DNA of 64,000 nucleotides from Octopus bimaculoides (Eukaryota), in assembly GCF_001194135.2 (NCBI RefSeq), contig NC_068982.1, forward strand, positions 89,875,310 through 89,939,309, read 5' to 3'. The translations under genes were made by a program, and so were the position numbers. Every line of letters starts with the position of its first letter. Position 1 is the stretch's first letter. The notes under the pieces are model-generated. The model saw nothing but the letters and a program-made list of their open reading frames with translations, was not told the origin of the DNA and did not search any database. This document shows positions 1 through 13,316 of the stretch, piece by piece.

Positions 1-440
1 CTTGTAATGTCCAATAATATATCGTAGCATGGAAAGCAGAATTGATTATTGCGATGAAAAAACAAAAACAAAACAATAACAATAATGATAAAAAAACTTT
101 AACTTTTCCGCTTTTGTAACTTTTCTACAGTGCTACACATATTCAATGTCAATTACATCCACTTAAATTGTGCAGTAACACAGAGTTATTATAGCTCTCT
201 TATATAGTCTGCACCTAGCATTAATAGCTACGAAGCTTTTAGTAATAATCAATGCTATGTTATATAGACTGCTACAAGATACAGAAAATAGGGATACCAT
301 AGATTTCTTATATAGTTTCTACCTAACATTAATAGCTACTTTCTACTATGAAGCTTTTAGTCATAATAACTAATACAGCAAGGAGAATTATCAAAAATAT
401 CGAACACAATCAAACATGTCACACGTCCCATGATATTCCT

Positions 441-830
441 TTTATGGTTTACTTGTTGCAGTCGTTAGACTACGGCAATGCTGGGGCACCGTCTTGAACA
501 ATTTTTAATTCAATGAATCGACCCCCCACCCCCACAAGTGCTTATGCTTTTATTTTTTAAGCCTGGTATTTATTCTGTCGGTCTCTTTTGCAGAACCGTT
601 AAGTTACAGGGACGTAAGCACACCAACACCGGTTGTCAAGCGGTGGCGTGGGACAAACACAGACACGCGCGCGTGCGCGTAAACACACACACGACTGCTT
701 CTTTCAGTTTCCGCCTACCAAATTGACTCACAGAGCTTTAGTCGGCTCGAGGCCATAGTAGGAGACACATACCCAAAGTACCACGCCGTGGGAGTGAACC
801 CCGAACCATGTGGCTGGAAAGCAAACTTAG
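441..830 (-). mobile_element. tRNA-derived SINE, family A (diverged copy)
   Basis: Matches the copies at 11878-12262, 19340-19640 and 28626-29012 (cagtc..tgact.cggc.atgctgg.gcaccg; tcttttgc.gaacc; ttctttcagtttccg.ctacc; gtggga.tgaacc). The tRNA-like head lies at the high-coordinate end. Confidence 0.85.
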
Positions 831-972
831 CAACGATTTCAAACACAATCTATATTAGATTCTGTCATTGCTTACAATCTTCATAATATTCAGTCAACAG
901 TTGACACGAATCGTCTTGCTTTTTGTTTATTTATGTAATCAGGTTCCTATTCAACATGCAAATTCCATTTGC

Positions 973-1344
973 TGGCAAGACCGTTGTGATTAAGAAGTTC
1001 GCTTTGCAGACACAGAGTTTCGAGTTCGGTCCCACTGCAGCACTATGGACAAGTGTCTGCTGAGCAAAGCTTTGAGAGTGCATTTGATTGGCGGAAATTT
1101 ACTGAAGCCTGTCGCACGCATAAGCGTCTATTTTATTTTTACTTCGTCCACACCGCTACCAGTAAAATAAACTATCAGATTTAAATTATGTACTAGAACT
1201 GATTTGCACGACTAACCTACAACCGGTGTTGGTGTGTTTACGTCCCTGTAACCTAACGGTTCTGCAAAAGAGACCGACAGAATAAATACCAGGCTTAAAA
1301 AATAAAAGCATAAGCACTTGTGGGGGTAGGGGGTCGATTCATTG
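973..1344 (+). mobile_element. Diverged/chimeric SINE, family A-like head, inverted relative to 441-830
   Basis: Head-like gtgattaagaagttcgctttgc..gagttcggtcccactgc..ggacaagtgtct; 1219-1344 is the reverse complement of 511-636. Confidence 0.7.
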
Positions 1345-1680
1345 GATGTGTATATATGCAGACACACACACACACACACACACACACACANNNNNNNNNN
1401 NNNNNNNNNNNNNNNNNNNNNNNNNNNNNNNNNNNNNNNNNNNNNNNNNNNNNNNNNNNNNNNNNNNNNNNNNNNNNNNNNNNNNNNNNNNNNNNNNNNN
1501 NNNNNNNNNNNNNNNNNNNNNNNNNNNNNNNNNNNNNNNNNNNNNNNNNNNNNNNNNNNNNNNNNNNNNNNNNNNNNNNNNNNNNNNNNNNNNNNNNNNN
1601 NNNNNNNNNNNNNNNNNNNNNNNNNNNNNNNNNNNNNNNNNNNNNNNNNNNNNNNNNNNNNNNNNNNNNNNNNNNTATAT

Positions 1681-1752
<72 letters not shown>

Positions 1753-3643
1753 TGAGAGAATAATTATAGAGTATTATAGTAGAGTATTTCTAACATAACT
1801 ACAAACGTTACACATTTCCCAGGATGGATATACTAACTATCAGCTATTACTTCCCCTTACAAAGGATAAAATGTGAAGCCGATCTCAGATATGAGCACAC
1901 AATTACTATACCTTACGGCAGTACATCCGATGCTCTAGTGAACCTCCTCGAATTTATGTCACGCTTAATGCATTTAAAACCCTACTGGGTGGAGTCTATT
2001 TTGTCTTTCTTTTTTCGATAATTTATATACGAACCATATGGTGAGGCCGTGACATATGTATGATATAAACATTATTTAAGGGTGACAAATTGGCTAAAGT
2101 CGTTAGGAAATTGAAGCGGATGTCTAGCGATATTTGCTCCGGCCCTTTAGGTCTTAAGTTCAGTTCCCACTGTGGCATACTTATGTGACTGACTTAATCT
2201 CGTCGCCCGATAGTAACATCAAGTTTACTTGCCTTTAACAAAGACCAAGCCAGGTCAGGTCATAGAGTTCAGAATACCTTCTTGCCTGCTTTCTACTAGT
2301 GGAAGCTCTGTGAAGTATCAGGGCCCGACTAAAAAGACGGGAGTAAAAATCGGTTGACTGTCACATCGACAGCATGAGTGGAAGTCACCCTGTCCGTCCA
2401 CAAAATATGTGCCTTTGTGTCTATATAAGAAAGTGGTATAGCTTAACCCTTTTTGTAAATTATAAAAAACAAAACAACCATACAAAGCACGTACATAGTG
2501 TTTCTTTAGTTATTTAGTTTCTTTCAACCACACCGCTAAGGCTATGCAAGAATACCGCCTTCATATTCTAAAAAGTCTGGGTAAATTAGTAGCGATTCGT
2601 CATTTTGATAAATAAATATCAATCTGTTCTGAAGTCGTACAAAGTAAACTACGTCAGAATAACCTTGTGCGCGTTTAACCTTATAAGGTTATATGACGTA
2701 CGTTCAGCAAGTATAAAGCAAACGTACTTGACTTTTCACTAAGAACAAATTGTAATTTTTTTATATATCTCTATATGCATATATATATATATATATATAT
2801 ATATTATTACATATATATTCTTTTTTTTTAAGAAATGTAAAACATAAGTGTATTAATGTGTGCATGTGTGTACATATCAATATATGTATGAATGNNNNNN
2901 NNNNNNNNNNNNNNNNNNNNNNNNNNNNNNNNNNNNNNNNNNNNNNNNNNNNNNNNNNNNNNNNNNNNNNNNNNNNNNNNNNNNNNNNNNNNNNNNNNNN
3001 NNNNNNNNNNNNNNNNNNNNNNNNNNNNNNNNNNNNNNNNNNNNNNNNNNNNNNNNNNNNNNNNNNNNNNNNNNNNNNNNNNNNNNNNNNNNNNNNNNTA
3101 TATATAATGTCTGTGTTGCTGTGTATGTGTGTGAATGAGTGTGCGTGCATTTGCGTGCATAGATTTCTATTAGGTTAACACGCATTAAGAACAAAGTAGA
3201 TGAAAGAAAAGCAGTGAATGTTGACATGCATATTTTGGATTATCATGCTTCTTGTGATGTTATCATGGAAAAGAAACTAGAGTTATAACAAAAACAAATG
3301 AATAGCACGAATACTTATTTATAAAAATAAAAGCATAAAGCAAGCAGTTGCGCCGACTATAGGATACAAAATATATATAATAAACATTACACTACCTTTT
3401 TCTGCGTATTCCCTCTGAGATTTTCTTTCACCTGATATAGTTTGCATCCATAGGCAGGTAGGTTTTTGCAGATTTTGATATAAAGTTGTTTCAGTTTGAT
3501 TTCATTGTCATAATATGGCGTATGCCACAACTTTTTCTGTTTATCCTAGAAATAGACATAAAATTAAGAGTATAGATGAGATTATTGCTTTATTTGTCAC
3601 TTCGTACATATGTAATATATACATATATATGTATTACACAAGT

Positions 3644-3677
<34 letters not shown>

Positions 3678-3733
3678 CTATATATATATACATATACTAT
3701 ATATATATATACATATATATGTATTACATAAGT

Positions 3734-3781
<48 letters not shown>

Positions 3782-5747
3782 CGTGAAATTGTTAGTGGAA
3801 ATGGAAAATGTTATTAGATGATATTTATTTGCAATGGTACTGAGTATTATTGATCTTATGAAGGATATCAGTGCACTTAGTGACCAACGACAGAGTATGT
3901 CTCATCACAAATATGATACAGATATTTGAGAAAAGGTCCAAAGGAGTGAAAGAAAATAAAATGCACAAATCTTCAGCAAAAAGGAAAAAATATAGTTTCT
4001 GCGTCGTTAGAATAGTTATTATCCAATCCCCGTTTGGCGTGTTGGTGGATGTGTGAATAGCAAGAAGGAAAAAAGAAGTGAGCAGCAATGTGGGCCAAAG
4101 AAACCTAAACATTCCCCGGTTATATGAATGTTGAATGTTGTTCAGCACCGCTGGAGGTGGTGCTTTTACCAGAAGGTGTTGACATCTCCTGTCGGCAGCT
4201 GAAGGGAATGTCCCGCAGTGCAAGTTGTATCTAAAATGTATAATCTAAGGACATTCCTTTCAGCTGTAGTATATCATTCAAATCAGTTGTTGTACGTGCA
4301 TCTATTTTACATCATGTACTTTTATTTTTCATCTAGCTACCTTTCAACCTAATAGCCTGCTTCTTATCTCCTGACTCCTACCAACTTTCCAGAGCTTTAT
4401 TTTATTGGAATAGACTACTAAACATAATTAGTTGTTAAAAGACGTCGGATCGGCAGAAATGAACAAGCGCTGAACAAAAATGTCTTATCTTTAGTTCCAA
4501 TGTTAAATTCTAATGGGCTCCATTTTATATACATTAGAGACATTTTGACTAAATCTTCATCCAACAAAATATTTGGCACAGTGTTTCGTCTAAAGAAAAG
4601 CATTATTATTTATAATGTTTGCTTTTTTTTTAACAGTGGGACTAATATAAATACGTACGAGGATACCTTTATATAAATACATCGCGGGGAAATAGCTTGT
4701 AATGGTCACGTCGTGTATCAATTGAAGAATAGAGAATTCTCGTTCATTTCACTCCAACTGACTAATAGCAACAAATTAGTGAACAAGATATATTATTATT
4801 ATGTTATATAATAATGACAATTCTTCTCATATCTGGGGTCTGTAAAATAATGTACCAGTAAATTCCTAGAGTCGATGGCATTACCCAATCCTTCCTCCCA
4901 CACCGGAATTACTGACTTTGTACGTAAATCAGAAGCAATCATATACTGCACTTATTTCCTGAAGTTTCCACCAACCAGATTTGGATTTGAGAAAGTGGAA
5001 TTAAAATCGCCTTAAGCTCGAAGAGGAAAACTATGTCGATGAAGCAACTCTAGCAATTTCATGGAGAATATAGACAACAGTCGATTTTCATCTTTTACAG
5101 ACATGAAGTGATTAATTCATACCAGAGAAACCTTCTTCAATTATTCTGAGCTCTATCTAAATTTGTCTCTGACAATTATGAACTTTAATTTACTGTTGCG
5201 AAGGCTTTGCCAGCGAGGATTGAGAACATAGGCTACAGTGTCAATACTTTATGGATACGGCGTGTTGGTGATTCCTGTAAAAGAATTATCAACCTTTTTC
5301 TGACTGGAAGTCTGCCGTTCTATTGATACTATCATTTGTAACTCTCAGAAGAATTTGTATTTTAATGTATACTAAGAAATATAATTTTGTCTGAGATTTC
5401 ATCCGTTAAGTTCCTCATGAATGTTGTGTATAGTTGAAAAATTCTATCGAAGAGTAAAACGAAGAGTTAATCAGGTATTTGTTGTATTTGTTTCACTATT
5501 TCTATTCTTTCGCTTATGCAGGAAAGCCCAAGTTTTTTTCAAGATGACATAGAGAAGAGATGTATCCACTGAACAGCTCACAGACCGTCTAAGTCCCACA
5601 TAGTGTATTAAATAACGGGAACCAGGAAAATATTTTTCAAAATATTTTATACAATCTTTCTTCTGCTAGTCATCAACTAGATTATATTTCTGTTTTTCGT
5701 TAATAAAACAAACATACTAAGTCAAAGAGAAAACTTTCAATTTTATG

Positions 5748-5778
<31 letters not shown>

Positions 5779-6896
5779 TTCCTTCTACAGTGGAGAGTTG
5801 ATGTCTGAGAATTATCAGTTTAGTTAATATATACAATATATTATACAATATTCTCTTTTCTGGTTTAACATCCATTTTCCACGCCAGAATAAAATGGATG
5901 AGCTGTTGTAAATTTCGATAATATTGTTTTTGCAGAAGCATTTGTTTGGGAAAAAGATTCATGTCCTTTCAAGCGCTATACACTCAGTTCTGCAGGAAGA
6001 CATTTTATCATAAAGGGAGACTGTAGAAAACATGGTTGTGTGTTCTTGTCATATATTGATGTTTAGTATGATGTAATGTTATACACTATAGTGGAATACC
6101 TCACTGAATCTAATTTCGATTATGAGTTTATCCGTCAATATAATTCTGCACCAATAATATACTGAAATCGATTTGATCGATTTTAACAAAGATTGTTGTG
6201 TGGCTTGGTAAAAAAAAATCGGTTTTTATTTAGGATTAGAAGTAAACTAGGGTGGTTGCAATTCCAGGGAACAAGAAGTGAGTAATGATCAATACCTCAT
6301 GAAAAAGATCTTATCAGATGAATAAAATGGACCCGAGATTTACTGATTTAGTGTATTGTTCATTAGAAAATAATTAATCAATACCATTGCTTAATGAATT
6401 CTTCATAGCAGGAAGCTTCATTGTTGAATGAAAAGCATCAGATAAACGTTGATGGATGGCATATTCTTAAGAAGCCGACTCAGCATTTTCTTATCAAGCG
6501 ATAGATAAATAGCATTTCAAACCAGATCTCATGATTGACTTTCAATTACACATAGGATGTCTGTGTTAGGTTAATTACATAATTATCAATCAAAGTTAAT
6601 TGCAGAAGGATGTACTAATGTTACCATGCCAGTGTTACGAAGCTGAATGTTACCCACTTCAATATTACCAACAAGGATATTGTTAAGTCGAATGTTAAGT
6701 GAGCTCAGTGTTACCAGTAATATTATTTAAATTCACAGTTTGATATGTTGCCATCGTCGTTATAAGTGTCACTGTTGTGTTGTTGTCACTCTTGAATAAT
6801 TTTAGCCAGTTCTGCTTCCTCATCGATATATTTTGAAAATCAAAAATTGAAGAGTTAGGCCGCAGTCACTCCACACTAGGGGATTACTCGTTATTA

Positions 6897-6928
<32 letters not shown>

Positions 6929-6929
6929 G

Positions 6930-7425
6930 TTATTATTGAGTGAGAGAGTTGTACATGCCATCAAAGTGACACTGAGGTAGGTAAAATATATGAAGCCCAG
7001 TATACCCATCATGACTACCCGTCAGATAAGGGTCATGCATCACAACCATATGTGCGCGACATGATGATCTCATATCAAGATAAACAGTACATGTCCTTGC
7101 AGGTGGGGCCCAGTTAGAATTTTCTTCAGGTCGAGTAGCCCATCCTGGTCAAAAGGTCTCTGAATAAGGGTTGTTTAAAGATGTTGAACGAAACACCCGT
7201 GTTTCCAGAGTTAAATTATTCAAACCTCAAAGAATTCCTCTCAACACATAGCTATAATACTCCCCCACTACTTCTGCTCGTGATCAGAGATGCACATATC
7301 GTTAGCCACTTAGGGACATCTTTCATACCTGACAAAACAATGTACATGATAACATTTCCAGTCAGTTAAGATCAGAAGCCATGAGAGCCACAGTCTGGTA
7401 CTGCATCAGGGCATTTATAATAATA
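6930..7425 (-). repeat. Dispersed ~500-bp interspersed repeat of unclear class, bounded by (TAA/TAT)n tracts
   Basis: Higher-GC non-coding block between simple-repeat tracts; resembles a repeat I recall as common in octopus genomes. No second copy in this window. Confidence 0.45.
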
Positions 7426-7471
7426 ATAATAAAAATAGTGGTTGTGGTGGTGGAGGTGATGGTTGTTGTTT

Positions 7472-7562
7472 AGGGCGGCGAGCTGGCAGAAACGTTAGCC
7501 CGCCGGGCGAAATGTTTAGTGGTATTTAGTTTGCTGTTACGTTCTGAGTTCAAATTCCGCCA
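7472..7562 (+). mobile_element. tRNA-derived SINE family B, 5' fragment
   Basis: ggcggcgagctggcagaaacgttag..gggcgaaatg..ttctgagttcaaattccgcc is shared with 47247-47455 and 58740-58970. Confidence 0.85.
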
Positions 7563-8779
7563 AAGACACTGTCAGGTGTTTGTGTCACACTGCACGGCAG
7601 AGTAAGTGAATCACACAAGGACAGGAACTTAACCGTACGGTGAGCTTCCACACGATTTCTGTCTTAAATTCTATGCACAGCACTTTTTTTGACCCAACAC
7701 CACGGAAGAAGACACTCAACTTCTAGGCCCATTGCTTTTATTCTAAAAACTTGCATATTTAAAACCTTCTAAGTAATTCATGCTTTCTCAGTGCAGTAGT
7801 TATGTTCATTGACAGAGAGATATGATGATTAAATTAGGTAGATGAAGCTTCTGCACAAAAATTTTGTTGTCAGCTCAAGGAGTCTCCGTATTGACTAATA
7901 CATTTTCTTTGTTAATTTCACAGGAAATGAAGTCTTGAGATTTCGTTCTCCAAGCAGAGTTTGGGTTATGAGGAGGTATTTGAACATTATTGGTTGCATG
8001 AGACAATTGACGCATGTCTCCGGTTAACTTGAAGACTTCTTTATATTTCAGCATAGAAAAGAATATAGTAATCGATTTTAGTTTGCTACACTCTATTAAA
8101 GGCACGGATTGGATTAATTCTTGTATTGCTGTGCATGTAGTGCAAACAAATCCAAGATACAATCTTCAGTGACACACCAGTGCTAGTAAAAAGAATTAGC
8201 ACGTTTTTACTAGTTTTCTATGAATTTCTACTTCAACATCTGGTCTAGTGGGCATCTGTAAACCTGAAGTATGTGAAATGTTTATTTTGAGGAATTTGAA
8301 ACCGTATGTCTATGTTACATTTTCATGCTTTTTGGTCGTTTCATATTTGATTTGTACCTCCTGGCGTTTCATTTTTTTTGTTCATATATTCTAATGTAGA
8401 ATACATGTAGCCTCGTTTTTCATTGATTCTTTCATCGCTGAACCGTGTTACGCTTATCACCAATTCAATTGTGATAACAAGGGTCAGTGATCAATAGCAG
8501 ATTCTACTTATAGCGCAAAAACGCGCCCCGGCGACCACCACATTACTCGTTTACTCAGAATCCACTGAGTACCCCTTGTGTTTACATGACCGTGCAATGA
8601 GGTTGCATATTTTTTTTTTATATGGATTTATGTACTCATATGTACAACATAGGATCAATGGTTAGAAAAATATGAAGGCTCCTGATCCTAACAAACGATG
8701 CTGACGAGTGTATTCTGTACAGGAAAAGATAATGATCTGCGAAAACATGACGGTGGAGGTTTGGCTGCTATGGCACGTG

Positions 8780-10255
8780 GGTTTTGGTATTCTTTCATTT
8801 CATATACAGTCTGTTTACGTTTACTTTAGGGTGTAGCACACTATGCAGCTTCATCAACTTTCTCGTCCTTCTATTCAGTGTTGATATTTCCTCTTTAGTT
8901 CATTTGAGGATGGGTGCACTATATCTGACCTGCGCAACAGCCCAGATTGGATTTCAACACCATCTTCACACTTTTTTGATACGCCTCGCTGACCTTGATT
9001 TTCATTTCTCTGTGTATCCAGCTCCAAAATCCCTAAATACCTATACCCACCACCATCGAGTTCACCCATGGTCTCTCCTGACGGTAACCGCAATCCTTTC
9101 CAGGCTTCTTTCTTCCCCTCTTTTCATATTAAGTACTGAGTATTTGGTAATCCCAAATTCCATACTGATGTCCCTAACACACTTCTGGACTGTTTTGGTT
9201 AAGGAATCTATCTGTTTTTCAGATTTTCCAAACAATTTCAGGTCATCCATAAACAGAAGATGGTTCAGTGATGTGCCTTTCTTCACACGTCGGTAACCCG
9301 TCTTACCAACCCTAAGTGTCATTGTTATAGGTATTAGTGCAATTACAAATAGTAACGGAGAAAACGAGTCACCTTGGAAGATTCACCTTTTAATATTAAC
9401 TTCTCTAAGGAATACATTACTTGAGTACAATTCGGTTTTCAACTTTCATGCGATGCATCAGAAAATTTGTGATGTTGTCAGCAACACCAAACATCTGTAG
9501 GCATCCAACGATCCAAGAATGCGGCATCATATCATATACCTTCTTTAAGTCAATCCAAGCCAAAGACATGATTGTATGATGCTTTTTACAATGCTTCGAA
9601 ACTGTTTTATCGATTCCTTGGTACCCTGAGAACTCTCCCTACATCCTTTTTGTTCGCTTGGTAGTATTTCTTCCTGTGCCAGGAAAGTATATGTCTTTGC
9701 CGCACATATGCTAGTAAGTATCATCCAGATTATGTTTAGGCATGCTATGGAACGGTAATTTCCCATAGAATTCCCATTTCTTCTATCTTTCATTATAAGT
9801 GTTGTCCTCCAGTCACCATCCACCCGGGGACTGTATCTTTCTGGACACACATTCAATTGGGCTGCTAGTCTTTCGTGTACCGCGTGGCATCTCTTCTTTC
9901 ACGTCAACTGGTTCTTATGACAATATTCTTATTCTTTCACGTCAACTGGTGCTTATTTGTTCTTTCACGTCAACTGGTGCTTATGCCAATATTCCTTTGT
10001 TTCTTTCCTCCTTGTAATTCTGCCTTGATAGTCTCTATCCACATTGCATCCCTTTTATGCACCACATTGTTTCCCCATAATCCGCTCAGAACTCCTTGGC
10101 TTGATTTGCATCAGGAGCAACATTTTCCTCGTTGTCTCCTTCTAACGTTCGGAGGAATTGCTTAGGGTTATTTTTGAACAATCTGTTCTCCTCGAACTGC
10201 TTACTTCTGTTCACAAATCTTCTGATCTTCTGGCCTTTTGCCATGACCCTATTTT
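8780..10255 (-). mobile_element. Decayed R4/Dong-like non-LTR retrotransposon, RT region
   Basis: Minus-strand frames give NYRSIACLNIIW, EQKGCRESSQGTK, LNHLLFMDDLKLFGKSEKQIDSL (FMDD catalytic motif) and YRYLGILELD; broken by frameshifts and stops. Confidence 0.85.
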
Positions 10256-10504
10256 AACTGCTCAGCCGCTGTCGCCATCGTCATCATTAATATTTTAATC
10301 ATTATTGTTTTACAAATTAAGCTTAATAAAAGAATTAATTTTATATGCAGCGAGGTAAGGTATCAAATTTGTGCAGAAAAACCTTATAGAAATCTCTCAT
10401 AACATCTGATGCCATCTGAATATAGAAATCTCTAATAACATCTGATGCCATTAACAATGTAGACGAAGTGATCAAGTTACAATCAGGAATACACACACAC
10501 ACAC

Positions 10505-10614
10505 GAGCGTAGGCTCGAAATGTTAAAGACTTTTTCATATCCCGAGCGTTATACTAATACATCTATTTGTTTTCTACACCACCTGTCTTCGTCTGTGGTT
10601 TTTTTGTAAATTCT

Positions 10615-10620
<6 letters not shown>
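10505..10620 (+). mobile_element. Penelope-like terminal-repeat relic
   Basis: gagc-gtag-gctc-gaaa-tgttaaagactttt...cccgagcg...acctgtcttcgtc; related to 63744-63860 and more loosely to 14750-14890. Confidence 0.55.
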
Positions 10621-10661
<41 letters not shown>

Positions 10662-11079
10662 ACTATACAACTCTCGGCATAAAACACTACACGACAATAC
10701 TTACCATATACTAACTAACATTAAGATAGTCCAGTTCGATAGATTTGATAGGATACGACACTCAGAACTGCGTTCAATAAAGCTTTCGCAAATATCTAAA
10801 TTGATTAATATATTGTGTTTATCTAGTTATGAGATTTACTATGGACAACACTAATCTTTGTAAACAGGTGTGGTTTTATATCTTATTTACCTAACTACAT
10901 AGTCTCTTGAACCTTGTGAAACGTAAGCTTGATCTCAATAAATAATGTTTCATTTAGAATACATTTCGATATGAGGATAGTTATAATGATGAAAACTATG
11001 TTGTTACTCTTACCTTTACCGTATTATAGGTTTTATGATATGGTAATAATAACAGTAAGAACATCATTCTCATCATTAC

Positions 11080-11690
11080 AGCAGCAGCGTGATGGCAGAT
11101 CGTTAGTGTAAAGGTTAAAAAACAAAATATTTGCGGTATTTGCTCTGACTTCAAATCCTGTCGTGAGTCACTCATAACGTCGATAAAAGGAAGTGCCAGT
11201 CAAATACAGGGGTAAATGGTTCAGCTGACCCACTCTTTACACTTAACTTTACGACTAAATTACGAAACACTAAAATAAAAAAAAAAAACGTGGCTTGGCA
11301 GAATCATCAGAGCGTCAGAATAGTTACTTCGGGGCATTCGTTCTGTCAGTTTAAATTCCGCTGAGGTCAACTTCACTTTTCATCCTTTCAAGATTAATAA
11401 AATAAAGTACGAGTCAAATACTGAGCTCAATGTTATCGACAAACCCCATCCCTCTAAAATTGCTAGTCTAATGCCAAAATTTGAATCCATTAAGGCGCTG
11501 AACTGGCAAAATCATTACTGTGCCAGACAAAATGTTTGGCTTCATTCCTCCTGGATATTTAAGTTCTGAGTTCAATTTCTGCTGAGATCGACCTTGTCTT
11601 TCATCTTTTTGGATTACATAAAGTAAGCACCAGTCAAATATTGAGGTCAACGTAATCGGCTATCCCACTCCGCTAAAATGATTGTACCTT
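11080..11690 (+). mobile_element. Three head-to-tail diverged family B SINE copies (~11080-11230, ~11290-11480, ~11490-11690)
   Basis: Repeated tggcag/ctggcaaaatc heads, ..aaattccgctgaggtc.ac.tt..ctttcatc.ttt and gtac.agtcaaata.tgag.tca motifs. Confidence 0.75.
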
Positions 11691-11877
11691 AGTTGTCTCT
11701 GAGAAGACTGTTTCCTGGAGCTGCATATTATTATTATTATTAGAACTGTTTTTGCTATTAATCTCTCTTTCCAGTTTAATCATATCTATGATATCTGGAG
11801 TACGGAAGGTATGAGAGTGTTTATCTCAGCCACAACAAAGTAGAGCTTTTCCATTAAAAACAAAACAAAAGATCATA

Positions 11878-12262
11878 TACTCTTTTACTCTTTTACTTGT
11901 TTCAGTCATTTGACTGTGGCCATGCTGGAGCACCGCCTTTAGTCGAGCAAATCGACCCCAGGACTTATTCTTTGTAAGCCTAGTACTTATTCTATCAGTC
12001 TCTTTTGCCGAACCGCTAAGTGACCGGGACATAAGCACACCAACATCGGTTGTCAAGCAATGCTAGGGGGACAAACACAGACACACAAACACACACAAAT
12101 ATATACATATATACGACGGGCTTCTTTCAGTTTCCGTCTACCAAATCCACGCACAAGACTTTAGTCGGCCCGAGGCTAAAGTAGAAGACACTTTCCCAAG
12201 GTGCCACGCAGTGGGACTGAACTCAGAACCATGTGGTTGGTAAGCAAGCTACTTACCACACA
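11878..12262 (-). mobile_element. tRNA-derived SINE family A, near full length
   Basis: Complete match to the family A body, with internal (CA)/(TA) spacer and tRNA-like head (reverse complement gtggtaagtagcttgcttacc..gttctgagttcagtcccactgcgtggcacc). Confidence 0.9.
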
Positions 12263-13012
12263 AGCATTCATCATTAACAGAAGGTGATAAAGTGAGTACC
12301 GTACAAAATACCTCATATTATTTCATTTAATCTCTACATTTTGAATTCAAACTTCACTGGTTATAAACATTATCTATTATTCTTTAGTCAAGAAAATACA
12401 TTTTAATTCCTGCTCTTGTACCGATTTTATAATAATGGTATACTGAGCATTAGGATTAAGCATCCAATAAGTTCGTTGTTATTTATTCATTTCTCTCACC
12501 CTATTAATTTTGATTGTATATCGTTCATAGAACTGCTGGCCTGCTTTTCTTTAGCCCTCAGTATACGATTATGAAGAAAGAGGGAAACCTGTTATGTCAC
12601 TCAAACAAATATATTAATGTGATTTGCCGCAGGGCTGCGTAAATCTTTTTTGTTATAAAGAGAGATAAAAAAGAAACCCAAGTAGATACTGAGTATTAAC
12701 CTGAAAACATGATGATCTCCTTTATAGAAAACTAGAACTATTAGTAAGTTTGTTTTCTTACAGACGCATCAACACACAAAACCCCTTTCAGTTTTTCCTT
12801 ATATGCAAACGCATAATGGAAGAGAGAGAGGAAGAGTTCGGTACAAATATATGTTGGTATCTTGACAACATACGCATATCCATCCATCCATCCGTATATA
12901 TATATATATACATATACTTACATACGTATATATATATATAAATGCATATATATATATATAAATACACACACGCATATATATATATATATATATGATTACA
13001 CACACACATATA

Positions 13013-13231
13013 CATGGTTGGCCAAAAGTCACCTAACAGTAAATCAAAAGTCCATAAATACTATCAATAACTCTGTATTGACTCAAGAAGGCGCTCAAGA
13101 AGGACTTCTGTTTGAACAATTTTCATGTTTCATATTTAGATGCTTTTATTAAATTCATTCAATTGTTAAACATAAATAAATCTTGGAATTAAATGGTTTT
13201 GATTTACTCAGGTGACTTTTGGCGTACCAAA
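13013..13231. mobile_element. Tc1/mariner-type MITE
   Basis: Imperfect TIRs (gccaaaagtcacct..agtaaatcaaaa / ttttgatttact..aggtgacttttggc) flanked by TA; no ORF. Confidence 0.75.
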
Positions 13232-13316
13232 TATATACATACATACATGCATACATACATACATGCATACATACATACATACAACAAACATACATACATA
13301 CATACATACATACATA

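Noticed and set aside
190-370. ~60-bp imperfect direct repeat (190-250 vs 299-370)
   Set aside because: Two copies only; an ordinary local duplication, with no spacer structure and so not CRISPR-like.
3825-6050. Possible terminal exons or 3' UTR of the FERM gene (e.g. acceptors near 4231, 5274 and 6021; ORFs 3825-4223 and 4418-4603)
   Set aside because: Several mutually incompatible short frames with no homology; cannot be chosen without transcripts.
7875-8162. 95-aa minus-strand ORF
   Set aside because: No recognisable motif and no in-frame splice acceptor found.
10386-10451. Two-copy ~31-bp direct repeat
   Set aside because: Simple tandem duplication.
12498-12588. Minus-strand open segment VSLFLHNRILRAKEKQASSSMNDIQSKLIG ending at GG|gtgaga
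   Set aside because: Weak acceptor and ambiguous phase; only suggestive of the FERM F2 C-terminal helix.
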